DNA of 63,065 nt from assembly GCA_002788675.1 (NCBI GenBank), contig PFRS01000002.1:1-63065 (forward strand). The letters are read 5' to 3'. This document shows, piece after piece, positions 18,920-28,629 of this stretch (the first letter of the stretch is position 1; each line of letters begins with the position of its first letter). The DNA comes from Candidatus Pacebacteria bacterium CG_4_9_14_0_2_um_filter_40_15 (GTDB taxonomy: Bacteria > Patescibacteriota > Microgenomatia > UBA1400 > PJMF01). The position numbers and the translations under genes were made by a program. The notes beneath the pieces were generated by a model, which had not been told where the DNA came from, searched no databases, and was given only the letters and a program-made list of their open reading frames with translations.

Positions 18920-20611
18920 CTATATCAATGCCCTACCCGTCATAGTGTCAGGTTTGGGAATACCAATGATTTTAAGCATCGTGGGAGCTACGTCTGCAAG
19001 AATGCCGGTTGGGAGCATAATTGGCTTGTTGGCAAATTGTGGACCGATGATCATAAGTGGCACAGGATAAATTGAATGTTCTGTATCGACTTCACCAGTC
19101 TGATTGTTTATTAACTCTTCGGCATTACCATGGTCAGCAGTGATGAGCACCGTTCCACCTTGAGAATAGACTTCATTGACTATCTTGCCAACGTGTTCAT
19201 CGAGTATTTCACAGGCGGTGATGGTTGCTTCAAGATTTCCTGTGTGTCCCACCATATCGCCATTACATAAGTTTGAAATAATGACGTCATACTTTTTTTG
19301 TCGGATGCGTTCAATCATTTTTTCAGTTATTTCAGGTGTACTCATTTCTGGCGCCATATCGTACGATTTTACTCCTTTAGAGGGTATAATTACGCGGTCT
19401 TCACCCGGATAAATAACATCTTGCTGACCATTCATGTAGAACGTAACGAAGCGCTCTTTTTCAGTTTCGGACATTCGTAGCGAACTCAGACCGTTCATGG
19501 AAATCACTTTACACAGAGGGTTTTTAATATTTTGAGGTGGGAAAGCTACATCTGTTGGCAGGTTTTCTTCGTACCGAGTCATGGTTACAAAATAAAGATT
19601 ATTTATTTTTTTCTGTCGACTAAATGTTTCAATCTTTTCTTGTTTTTGAATATTCGTTTTTTCATACTTTTCTGTGTATGGGTCAAACGCTTCATGCACG
19701 ATTCCACCTTCAAAGTCTGGCATAACAAATGCACGAGTTAACTCACGTGGACGGTCAATGCGATAGTTGAAAAATATAGCTGCATCATTATCATTTATTG
19801 TTGTGATCTGACCATTGCTATTAACGATATTGGTAGGCTCGATAAATTCGTCAGTTACTCCATTTTGGTATTGTTCTTGGAGGTATGCAACTGGATCATT
19901 GGTTTGTTTGCCATTGCCGATAGTAAGTGCATTATATGCAGCTTCAATTCTTTCCCATCTCTTGTCACGATCCATTGCATAAAAACGTCCCATTATTGTA
20001 GCTAGTTGCCCAATACCTAGTGATTTACAGGTATCATTAATTTGTTGCACATAGGTTATTGCTGAAGTTGGTGGTGAATCTCGACCATCAGTGAATCCAT
20101 GTATAAAGACATTTTTAACATCTTGGATTTTGCAAAAGTTTAAAAGTGCATAGAGGTGTTCAATATTTGAGTGCACTCCGCCTGCTCCTATAAGCCCCAT
20201 AATATGCAGGTTAGAGTTATTTTTTTTTGCGTGATTCACAGCATTAATAAAAGCAAAAGTATTATTAAATGAACCATCTGCGATAGACATGTTAATACGT
20301 GGTAAATCTTGGTAAACGATATGACCAGCACCAATGTTTAAATGGCCAGTTTCAGTATTACCGTCTTCACCACGGGGAAGCCCGACTGCTTCGCCGCTGG
20401 CAGTAAGTTGTGTGTGTGGAAAGGATAGCCAATACTTATCCATGTTGGGTGTTTTGGCTCTCATGATGGCATTTCCAGCATTGTTTGGTCCAATACCCCA
20501 TCCATCTAAAATAAGCAAAACTACTGGCTTAGGTCCACTGTATTCTCTCTTTTGATAGGTTGCATTAAACGGCATGCCGCTAATAATTGGTTCGGTAGAT
20601 CTATCGGCCAT
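18920..20611 (-). CDS. gpmI: 2,3-bisphosphoglycerate-independent phosphoglycerate mutase
   Basis: VLLILDGWGI, metal-binding and catalytic Ser region, 563 aa. Confidence 0.9.
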   Translation of the reverse strand: MADRSTEPIISGMPFNATYQKREYSGPKPVVLLILDGWGIGPNNAGNAIMRAKTPNMDKYWLSFPHTQLTASGEAVGLPRGEDGNTETGHLNIGAGHIVYQDLPRINMSIADGSFNNTFAFINAVNHAKKNNSNLHIMGLIGAGGVHSNIEHLYALLNFCKIQDVKNVFIHGFTDGRDSPPTSAITYVQQINDTCKSLGIGQLATIMGRFYAMDRDKRWERIEAAYNALTIGNGKQTNDPVAYLQEQYQNGVTDEFIEPTNIVNSNGQITTINDNDAAIFFNYRIDRPRELTRAFVMPDFEGGIVHEAFDPYTEKYEKTNIQKQEKIETFSRQKKINNLYFVTMTRYEENLPTDVAFPPQNIKNPLCKVISMNGLSSLRMSETEKERFVTFYMNGQQDVIYPGEDRVIIPSKGVKSYDMAPEMSTPEITEKMIERIRQKKYDVIISNLCNGDMVGHTGNLEATITACEILDEHVGKIVNEVYSQGGTVLITADHGNAEELINNQTGEVDTEHSIYPVPLMIIGPQFANKPIMLPTGILADVAPTMLKIIGIPKPDTMTGRALI

Positions 20612-20665
20612 ATATATTCAAATTTCTAGTTAAGATATCTCATAGTAGCATAATTGCTTGGTAGG

Positions 20666-22090
20666 TTACGTTGTTGTTTCTTCAGTAGGTGGTGGTGGAG
20701 GTGGTGCAGCATCTGGTGTTTCGTCTACCACAGGTGGATTAACTGGTGCAGTAGTAGCTATCGGTTGTTGTGTGACATGAGATTCATCTGAGTGCACTGT
20801 TTCTTGAGTTGTTTGTTCAGCAGCGCCAACTTGGCTATGGATAATTTCTTGATGGATCTGAAGCAGCCGATTATACTTTGCTACACGCTCTCCTCTGTTG
20901 GGAGGACCAAACTTTGTGTAATCGGCACCAACACCTACTGCAAAGTCAGCAATAAAGTCATCATTGGTTTCACCACTACGATGCGAAATGATGACTTGCC
21001 ATTGGGCTTCTTTAGCAATGCGAATAACTTCGATTGTTTCAGAAATTGTTCCGGTCTGATTTGGTTTAACTAAGACGGCATTACAGGTTTTGTTCTTGAT
21101 AGCTGCGGCAGTTTTTTCTTTATTAGTTACCAAGAAACTATCGCCAACAATTTTGGTTGTTTCACCAAGTTCAGCTGTAATGGCTTTCCATGAGTCCTCA
21201 TCATCTTCCTGGAACGGATCTTCAATGTAAAACACATGGTAGAGATCACGTAATTTTTTGTAGTATGCAATCATTTCTTTTGCAGTGTATGGTTCTGATC
21301 TGTCTTTAAGTTCATATTTTCCACCTTTGTAGAGCTCACTTGCTGCAGCATCAATGCCAAAGAAGACATCTTGTGCAAAGGTGTAGGGACTGGCTTTAAT
21401 TGTTTCGACTAAAATTTCGAACACATCTGTATTGCTATATAGGTTTGGAGTAAAACCACCCACAATACCCGTCGAGTGAATGGCACCTTTTATGGAAAGT
21501 ACTTCTTCAATTTTATGGAAGAGCGTTACCGCCATATTAAGTGAAGTTTCGTAATCGATATGGCTGGCTGGAATAATTTCAAACTCTTGTAGATCTAGAT
21601 TATCAGCGCCGTGTTCTCCTCCGTTTACCATGGTGTAGATGCAGGATGGCATATTGAGTTCTGGAACGAGTTGGTATTTTTGTTGAATGTAGTAGTACAG
21701 TGGTACATTCAGACTGAGTGCACCTGCTTTGAGCACACATTGACTCACGGCGAGGATTGAGTTAGAGCCGAGTTTTGACTTATTACTGGTTCCATCCATA
21801 TCGACCAGAAGCTGATCGATTTCAAACTGCTTGGTTGGGTCTTTGCCAATCAGTGACTGCGCGATAGTAGTATTTAAAAATTCAACAGCACTGAGAACTC
21901 CTTTGCCAATCATGTGTTCAGGATCTTTATCTCTGAGTTCGTGGGCTTCATATTTGCCCACTGATGTGCCAGTTGGCACACTCGTTGCTACTATGGCTCC
22001 ATTGTCCAGCCAGAGTGTACACTCAATGGTTGGAATTCCTCTGGAGTCTAAAATTTCTCTAGCGTATAGTCCTTGAATTGTGGCAGGCAT
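20666..22090 (-). CDS. eno: enolase with a ~55-aa Pro/Thr-rich C-terminal extension
   Basis: Full enolase core (ILDSRG ... SHRSGETND ... KYNRLLQI) followed by the tail ...PVNPPVVDETPDAAPPPPPPTEETTT. Confidence 0.92.
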   Translation of the reverse strand: MPATIQGLYAREILDSRGIPTIECTLWLDNGAIVATSVPTGTSVGKYEAHELRDKDPEHMIGKGVLSAVEFLNTTIAQSLIGKDPTKQFEIDQLLVDMDGTSNKSKLGSNSILAVSQCVLKAGALSLNVPLYYYIQQKYQLVPELNMPSCIYTMVNGGEHGADNLDLQEFEIIPASHIDYETSLNMAVTLFHKIEEVLSIKGAIHSTGIVGGFTPNLYSNTDVFEILVETIKASPYTFAQDVFFGIDAAASELYKGGKYELKDRSEPYTAKEMIAYYKKLRDLYHVFYIEDPFQEDDEDSWKAITAELGETTKIVGDSFLVTNKEKTAAAIKNKTCNAVLVKPNQTGTISETIEVIRIAKEAQWQVIISHRSGETNDDFIADFAVGVGADYTKFGPPNRGERVAKYNRLLQIHQEIIHSQVGAAEQTTQETVHSDESHVTQQPIATTAPVNPPVVDETPDAAPPPPPPTEETTT

Positions 22091-22092
22091 AG

Positions 22093-23889
22093 TTAGATAT
22101 ATATAGTTTTTGAACTACTTTCTGATGACGCACGGAAAGGTGCAGCCTCTGTATCTATGATACATGCTTTGGCGAGTGGTGCAACAGTGGGACGAACGGT
22201 GATTGCATCGACACCAAGTTGAATAGCAAGTTTGGCAAAGTCTGGATTATAGTGTTCCATTTGAATATGAATAGGCACGTCTTTATGAGAGCTTTTCTGC
22301 ACAGCTGTGCAAAAAGGTTGCAGTACTGCTTTGAGAACTTTGGGATCAAGTTGATACTCATCGTGGTATGCATGAGTTGGAGAAATTCCTAATAGTAGTT
22401 GTACTACTGTATCAAGTTGAATGCTTATGCCTCCCAAATGTTCAAGTGGGTACTCTAAAATATTTAGCAGAGGTTCAAGTGTGGCAATCTGCATCCAGGT
22501 TTCAATACCAGCACGGTCCAAACTTCGTGACTGAGCTAGTCTGAGTAGCCGGTGGAGTTCGGTTGCTGAGCGGACGAATGGAAATAAGAGTGAAATATGC
22601 GTGGTATTTTTTTTAGAGAATGAAATGAGTGATTCAATCTCTGTTTCAAGTAGTGCAGGTTGGAGTAATGCTTTTCCTGCGCCACGAACACCTAACCATG
22701 AATTTTGTTCATCTGATTCATACACAGTTGCATGATCTAGTTTTACTAAGTCCTCAGAAGGAACATCAAATGCTTTATAGATAATATGTGAAATGTTTGG
22801 TATTGCCGAAAAGGTTGATAACGTTCGAACAATGGCACGTTCGATTAAGTTTTTTCGACCACTTTGAATGACTGCATGTGGGTGTAAGCCAAGTGAAAGC
22901 AGAGCATATTCACTTTTAAGATACCCAATACCACTAATAGGCAGCTCTGCAAACTCCTGAGCATGTTGTGGGTTCCCAGCAGAGATGTAGAGTTGAGTAA
23001 TTGTTTTATGATGCTGTTTATGTGCCTCAGAAAGATCAAAATCCTCGAAGTCCAAGACAATCACCTTATTATGGCTGAGTGCCCAGTGGATACATTTATG
23101 TTCAAGGTGTAGTTTTTTGATGGTGTTAGCAATTTTTGCAATTTCAAGTATCCGATTATCATTGAGGATCGAGCTATCTTTTCGGTTTCTGTGTGAGCGA
23201 TAGATAATATTCCACGTCCGGACATCAACCTCAAATTCTTCATTCTGATTAGATGAATGGCTGTTTTTTGTGATCATATCACAGACAATATATGCTGAAG
23301 TTTTAACTCCTGTTTTTGGATTTCTAGTGTATGCTAGTCCCTGAAAAGTTGGGCTAAGTACCTCACGAATCACAAGACAGTGCGATAATAGCGGTGGATG
23401 AATATGGCGAGTATTTGATCGGAACAATGAATGTACCGTACTCTCAGCCCATACAGAGAGTAATTCTTTGATGACAGTCGCGTCTCCAGAATGTTTGCGT
23501 TCAGCTGATTTTCTGTATGAATCACTTGAAAAAATGGTGACGGCGCTTCCAGTAAAGTATTCGTGATACATTTCACCTAATTCTTGGAGAATCTCTTTGG
23601 GAATCTTGGCAGAGTTAATGCTTTCTGTAATCACTTTTTTAAGTTTTGTACACGCCACGGGATCATTGAAATTAGTGGTTACTAACACTTTTGAAATTTT
23701 CTCTGGAATAGAGTTTGCTGCTGCTATAGACTTAAGTGTCTTTAAGGGAATAATGGCGCACTTTGGTATTGAAATACCTCTGGAAACAAGTTTTTTTTGT
23801 TCGCCACCGAACACACCAAGTTCACGATCGGGCGTGTTAGAAAAATCTCTGGGCAGGAGAATAAAACGATTTTTCATTGCTATCATCAT
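22093..23889 (-). CDS. PEP synthase/PPDK-like protein with an N-terminal nucleotide-binding domain and C-terminal PEP-utilizer TIM barrel; no phosphohistidine swivel domain
   Basis: N-terminus GGEQKKLVSRGISIPKCAIIP resembles PPDK_N. C-terminus GIGYLKSEYALL ... WLGVRGAGKAL resembles PEP-utilizers_C. No GGxTSH motif is present. The start may be the ATG at 23874. Confidence 0.55.
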   Translation of the reverse strand: MMIAMKNRFILLPRDFSNTPDRELGVFGGEQKKLVSRGISIPKCAIIPLKTLKSIAAANSIPEKISKVLVTTNFNDPVACTKLKKVITESINSAKIPKEILQELGEMYHEYFTGSAVTIFSSDSYRKSAERKHSGDATVIKELLSVWAESTVHSLFRSNTRHIHPPLLSHCLVIREVLSPTFQGLAYTRNPKTGVKTSAYIVCDMITKNSHSSNQNEEFEVDVRTWNIIYRSHRNRKDSSILNDNRILEIAKIANTIKKLHLEHKCIHWALSHNKVIVLDFEDFDLSEAHKQHHKTITQLYISAGNPQHAQEFAELPISGIGYLKSEYALLSLGLHPHAVIQSGRKNLIERAIVRTLSTFSAIPNISHIIYKAFDVPSEDLVKLDHATVYESDEQNSWLGVRGAGKALLQPALLETEIESLISFSKKNTTHISLLFPFVRSATELHRLLRLAQSRSLDRAGIETWMQIATLEPLLNILEYPLEHLGGISIQLDTVVQLLLGISPTHAYHDEYQLDPKVLKAVLQPFCTAVQKSSHKDVPIHIQMEHYNPDFAKLAIQLGVDAITVRPTVAPLAKACIIDTEAAPFRASSESSSKTIYI

Positions 23890-23960
23890 ACCCCAGTTCC
23901 GCGTTGGGGGAAAGTGCCCTGCGGACTGGAGTATGTGACTTTATTATTCCGTATTAGATA

Positions 23961-25052
23961 TTATGAGTACTCTTGACTGAGTTTTTTTAGTTCATCTTTA
24001 AATTCATCGACAAATGGAATTGGACTTGGGTCTATTCCCTCAAGCATTGCAAGATAGAAGCTACAGAAACTGAAAAGTGAGATCATTTCAAAAACCTGTT
24101 CGAGTTTGCTTGCTGCTTGTAGAGGAACAGCAGTTGTGTGAATCTCATTACTTTCAACTATTTGTTGGGTAAGTTTCATGCGTAAACTGATCTTTGGAGG
24201 ATAGAGTACTGAAGTCACGAACACAAAAAAGTGTGTTGATGCATTACTTTTTGGAAAGCGGAGCCCTTCCATGAGATGATGATTAATTTCTGGCACTACT
24301 TTATAGTTTACGTAGACTTTGCCGTTTTCATTGTGCTGGTTGGCACTTACATGGGCAGCTCCCTCCAAGAATTCTGCTGCAGTGATAACTGGTTGATGAT
24401 CTATCATAAGGTATGCAAGCACTTTAGCTGGGTTTGATTCTCCCAGAACTTCAACAGTACAAGCCTCAACTTGCTTATGAATAGTTGCTACAACGGCAGC
24501 AACATCTGCATCTGAAATGCTGAGCAAGCCAGCTTTTTCAAGCAAACCTATGGTTCCAAACACCGAGTATCCGATTGCCATTCGAGGTTGATTTGATGGG
24601 TTATGTACTGGGTCTATAACAAAATGAGTGTACCCTTTTGCCTGAGCAAGTTCGAGCAATGCCCCACCAGCACAGATAACCATTATTTGGGCGTTCCTGC
24701 TCTCTGCCTCGGTAGCTGCGGCAAGTACTTCTTCAGTGGTGCCAGAATAGCTTGAGAGTACTACTAACGTGTGTTCATCAACAAAGTTTGGTAAAAAGTA
24801 GGTTTTGTTAATATACAGAGGAACGGTGAGTTCTTCTTTAAATAGGTGCAAGATTACATCAGCACCGAGTGCTGAGCCGCCCATACCCGCAACAACTACA
24901 TTTCTAATCTCATTCTTTGAGGTGAACTTAATTTTTTTAAGGTCTTCCCAAGCGTGTTCAATTTGATGGCCTAATGCTTCAATCGAACCAATCATATTTG
25001 ATTTGTCGAGCTTTGCAATTTCATCACGCGAGTCAATGATACTTACTGGCAT
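23961..25052 (-). CDS. bifunctional phosphoglucose/phosphomannose isomerase family (SIS domains)
   Basis: VVAGMGGSALGADV and SYSGTTEE SIS motifs. The size and architecture match the archaeal-type PGI/PMI family. Confidence 0.75.
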   Translation of the reverse strand: MPVSIIDSRDEIAKLDKSNMIGSIEALGHQIEHAWEDLKKIKFTSKNEIRNVVVAGMGGSALGADVILHLFKEELTVPLYINKTYFLPNFVDEHTLVVLSSYSGTTEEVLAAATEAESRNAQIMVICAGGALLELAQAKGYTHFVIDPVHNPSNQPRMAIGYSVFGTIGLLEKAGLLSISDADVAAVVATIHKQVEACTVEVLGESNPAKVLAYLMIDHQPVITAAEFLEGAAHVSANQHNENGKVYVNYKVVPEINHHLMEGLRFPKSNASTHFFVFVTSVLYPPKISLRMKLTQQIVESNEIHTTAVPLQAASKLEQVFEMISLFSFCSFYLAMLEGIDPSPIPFVDEFKDELKKLSQEYS

Positions 25053-25061
25053 ACTTCTCCT

Positions 25062-26339
25062 TTATTCTTTTAATACTGATGATGTTTCTTCATTGTGAGG
25101 TACATTTTTTTGTACCACGCTTCCTGGAGCAATCTTGTTCTTGGCTCCGATGAGAATTCCTGGCATGGTTTTAGTTCCAATTCCAAGATGTGAATGGGCC
25201 CCAACGATAACGCCTTGAGTGTTGCTACCTACATCAACGAGTTTGTCTTTTAGAAGTGTTTGAACATTTTTTCGATCAAATCGCTTATTAGCTGTTATGA
25301 GTCCTGCTCCAACTTTTACTCCCTGACCTAAAATAGAGTCTGCAACATAGCCGGAGTGGACACTAGCTCCTTCTAAAATAATGGATCTGACTACTTCAGT
25401 CTTCGCTCCCACAGATGCATTCGCTTCAATAGAGCTTTGTCTGACAAAAGAGTAGTCACCAACTAAACTATTTTGGCCAACGTAGCAAGGACCTACAATT
25501 TTAACGAAATCACCTATTCGAGCGCCTTTTTCAATACTCACAGGACCATCTGAGTCATCAATAATTGCAGTTTTGGCGATAGTTGCTTCTGAACTTATGT
25601 GAGTACTTATTTCAGAAAAGAGATATTTTTGCATAGAAAAAAGATGCCAAGCGTATTTAAGACTGGGGAGATTTTCAGTGTTTTCTATCCATGAAACAGC
25701 GTGATTCTGTGTGTATTCTGTTAAGGCCGCTTCTAATGAATATTCTTCTTGAGGCACTTGACTCAAATGAGTGAGAAAATCTTTTGAGAGTAGGTAGATA
25801 CTGTTAACTTTATAGTCTGAGGGAGCATTTTCAATTGGTTTTTCAACTATTCCTATAACTTGGGAAGCATCATCTTGGTTAAACTCTAACATGCCATACA
25901 GTGATGGAGTATCAACTTTTGTTCCGAGTAACACACACTCACTTTGAGTTGCTTGTTGGGTGTTCCAGAGCTTTTCTGCGAGTTTGCCAGCTTGTGTGTA
26001 GTAAGGAGACATACTAATAAAGTGAGTCTCCACTTTGTCGGCAGCTACTAGGAGTGCATGACCTTGTCCTTCTGCCTCAGGTTGAAGCACCCATGTGATG
26101 TCTAAATCTAAGTTATATTCAGGGAGAATTTTGCTTAGGCCATTACCATCCATATCTTTGGCAGAAACCACAAGGATAATTTTGGTAAATCCATGTTTTT
26201 GGAGGTTCTGTAAAGCGCGTACGACGAGAGGTATTCCTAAAAGAGAGATAAAGCCTTTATGTGTTTCTGTATTTATGGGAAAGAAACGACTGTTTTTACC
26301 ACCTGCATGGATAAGAATGGTTGGCATTTGAGTATTCAT
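25062..26339 (-). CDS. sugar-1-phosphate nucleotidyltransferase with a C-terminal left-handed beta-helix domain
   Basis: N-terminus ILIHAGGKNSRFFPI (NTP_transferase). C-terminal hexapeptide-like repeats. Confidence 0.7.
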   Translation of the reverse strand: MNTQMPTILIHAGGKNSRFFPINTETHKGFISLLGIPLVVRALQNLQKHGFTKIILVVSAKDMDGNGLSKILPEYNLDLDITWVLQPEAEGQGHALLVAADKVETHFISMSPYYTQAGKLAEKLWNTQQATQSECVLLGTKVDTPSLYGMLEFNQDDASQVIGIVEKPIENAPSDYKVNSIYLLSKDFLTHLSQVPQEEYSLEAALTEYTQNHAVSWIENTENLPSLKYAWHLFSMQKYLFSEISTHISSEATIAKTAIIDDSDGPVSIEKGARIGDFVKIVGPCYVGQNSLVGDYSFVRQSSIEANASVGAKTEVVRSIILEGASVHSGYVADSILGQGVKVGAGLITANKRFDRKNVQTLLKDKLVDVGSNTQGVIVGAHSHLGIGTKTMPGILIGAKNKIAPGSVVQKNVPHNEETSSVLKE

Positions 26340-26369
26340 ACACTTACTATATCATTGAGACCTTATTTG

Positions 26370-26405
26370 CTACAGGGCAGCCTGCATCCGCAGGCTGCCC
26401 TGTAG
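26370..26405. promoter_or_regulatory. perfect 16-bp GC-rich hairpin between the PMM/PGM and nucleotidyltransferase genes
   Basis: CTACAGGGCAGCCTGC-atcc-GCAGGCTGCCCTGTAG. There is no adjacent U-tract on either strand. Confidence 0.6.
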
Positions 26406-26415
26406 AGTGCTTATT

Positions 26416-27837
26416 CTAATCAAGTGCGTGTGTATTTACACCCTCATCCCAGTTGATTTCACTATAGGCGCTCAAAATTTCTTTGAGTGTCTTTTTCATG
26501 TTGTCGTACTGAGCCTGTGTTTTACCTTCAAACTTAACAGTAATGTAAGGTCCATTCTGAGAAGCTCGAATGATAGCCATTTCTTCAGCCGTATCCATGC
26601 GGATTCCATCGATATCAATGTACTTTGCATTGGGCCATCTCTTCATAAATTCTTCGCGAATTTTGGTGTCAATAAATGTAAATTTAATGGCATCGGCCAG
26701 ACCAAATTTAATTTCAGGACTACTCACATAGTGAGCTAATTTTCCAGCAGCTTCTGAAAGTTGTTGATTAGTTCTCTCTAAGTATTGAAGCAGTCGTAAA
26801 CTTGCGTAGGCACCATCATCATGGCCATAGAAGTTGTCCATAAAGAAGATGTGGCCAGAAAGTTCTCCTCCAAACGGAGCCCGAACCTCTTTAAGTTTTG
26901 ATTTAATAAATGAGTGACCGGTCATCCAGACAACTGGTTCTCCACCTGCTTCTTCGATTGCCTCAGTTACTTGGCGTGAGCAGAGGGTGTTATAGACAAT
27001 TTTTGATCCTGGCATGAAATCTAAGACATCTTTAGAAAAGAGTGCCACAATTGAGTCCATCCAGAGAACTTGTCCTTTATCATCAACAACTGCCATTCTG
27101 TCACCATCTGTGTCGTACGCAAATCCAATGTCGGCGCCGGCTTTTTTGACACCATCTGCCAGACGATCTAGCACTTCAATTTCTGTTGGATCCGGAACTC
27201 CCATGGGGAAGTTTCCATCCAGTTCAGTATTTTGCTCTATAACTTCACAGCCGGCAGCTCTCAGAATTTCTGGGTAGAACATTCCTGATGTAGTATTGCA
27301 GGCTTCAACCACGACTTTCCACTTTTTCCCCAGTGAAAAATGTTTCAGGATATCAGCTTTGTATGCTGGAAAGATATCATGCTTGCGATTCGAGCCTTTG
27401 CCTTCTGAGAACTCACCTGTTGCAGCAATTTCACGTAGCAGTTGGATTTCTTCAGTAATCATGGTGTCGGAGTAACCTACACCTAATTTAAGACCGTTAT
27501 ATTCTTTTGGATTATGGGAAGCAGTCACCATTGCACTCCCTTTTGTTTTAAACTCGTATGAAGAAAAGTAAACGATCTGACTGAGTGACAGTCCCATGTC
27601 GATAGTGTCGATACCACCATCGTTGAGTCCTGCAATAAATGCTGCCATGTACTCTTCTCCAGTGAGTCGATTGTCACGGCCAACAGCAGCTTCTTTAATT
27701 CTGCGTCGACTTAAAAAAGTTGCGTATGCTCTTCCTAACGTATAGTACACATCGGCAGAAAGATCTTCGCCGGCAACGCCGCGCAGATCATATCCACGAA
27801 AAATCTTTGGATTTATGTTGGAAACTAGTTTGTACAT
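26416..27837 (-). CDS. phosphomannomutase/phosphoglucomutase
   Basis: Active-site TASHNPKEYNG, metal loop DTDGDR. The ATG at 27837 follows GAAAGGAGAGT. Confidence 0.9.
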   Translation of the reverse strand: MYKLVSNINPKIFRGYDLRGVAGEDLSADVYYTLGRAYATFLSRRRIKEAAVGRDNRLTGEEYMAAFIAGLNDGGIDTIDMGLSLSQIVYFSSYEFKTKGSAMVTASHNPKEYNGLKLGVGYSDTMITEEIQLLREIAATGEFSEGKGSNRKHDIFPAYKADILKHFSLGKKWKVVVEACNTTSGMFYPEILRAAGCEVIEQNTELDGNFPMGVPDPTEIEVLDRLADGVKKAGADIGFAYDTDGDRMAVVDDKGQVLWMDSIVALFSKDVLDFMPGSKIVYNTLCSRQVTEAIEEAGGEPVVWMTGHSFIKSKLKEVRAPFGGELSGHIFFMDNFYGHDDGAYASLRLLQYLERTNQQLSEAAGKLAHYVSSPEIKFGLADAIKFTFIDTKIREEFMKRWPNAKYIDIDGIRMDTAEEMAIIRASQNGPYITVKFEGKTQAQYDNMKKTLKEILSAYSEINWDEGVNTHALD

Positions 27838-27907
27838 ACTCTCCTTTCGCTTCAATATTTTTGTGTCAAAACATTAGCAGAAGCACTTTGTATGATAAAG
27901 TATGATA

Positions 27908-28594
27908 CTAAATGTACACTCCTAGTGTTAAAAGATCAAGCTGAGATTGTAGTGTGAGTGTTGTTTGCGAAACTTTTGTTTTTTCGTCTAATTCAGTTAA
28001 GTGTGTGTGCAAAGCAAGCAGCTGCTCGGTTGAAAAGCGTCGTGCTTGTGAAGAATATTTTGTGACCATAAACGGTGGTCCCTTTATTGTTCCGCCTGTT
28101 TTAGCAAGCAAGAGCAATCTAATTTGGCGGATCAGCATGATAAAACAGAGATACTCCCCGTCTTTTTTAAAGGCTTTATGTAAATTTTGAAGAGCACTAT
28201 TTTTTTGATCAGTAGCACCAAATGCGTCTAACCAGTTGAACAACAGATTACTCATTTTGAATTCGGTCGCACGTGCTGAAGGAAATTGATTCAGCATAGC
28301 CTTTGTAAGTGAGCGTTTTTCCCAGAGAATTATGGAGTGATCACTGGGTTGGGTTAAAAGTGCAATCAGTTCATTCTTTTTTTTCGATTTTGGTAAAGAA
28401 TGGAGTCCTTCTATAACTATAGTTTTATTGGTGCCAAATAAGTCGGTTTCACCAAGAACTGTTTCTAATTCTGCTTGGGTTAGTTTTTTTGCTTCAAGCC
28501 TGATAACTTCATGACCTTCGGCTTTTGAAGCAGTAAGGAGTTTAGTAAGTTCATCGCGGGAGGCAACGGTATTTTCGCCATATAAAAGTATCAT
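27908..28594 (-). CDS. probable DNA polymerase III delta subunit (HolA-like)
   Basis: N-terminus ILLYGENTVASRDELTKLL and helical C-terminal domains typical of delta. The ATG at 28594 avoids overlap with the upstream gene. Confidence 0.5.
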   Translation of the reverse strand: MILLYGENTVASRDELTKLLTASKAEGHEVIRLEAKKLTQAELETVLGETDLFGTNKTIVIEGLHSLPKSKKKNELIALLTQPSDHSIILWEKRSLTKAMLNQFPSARATEFKMSNLLFNWLDAFGATDQKNSALQNLHKAFKKDGEYLCFIMLIRQIRLLLLAKTGGTIKGPPFMVTKYSSQARRFSTEQLLALHTHLTELDEKTKVSQTTLTLQSQLDLLTLGVYI

Positions 28595-28629
28595 ACGTCT
28601 GTATCCTATCACGACTGATTTATTGATTG

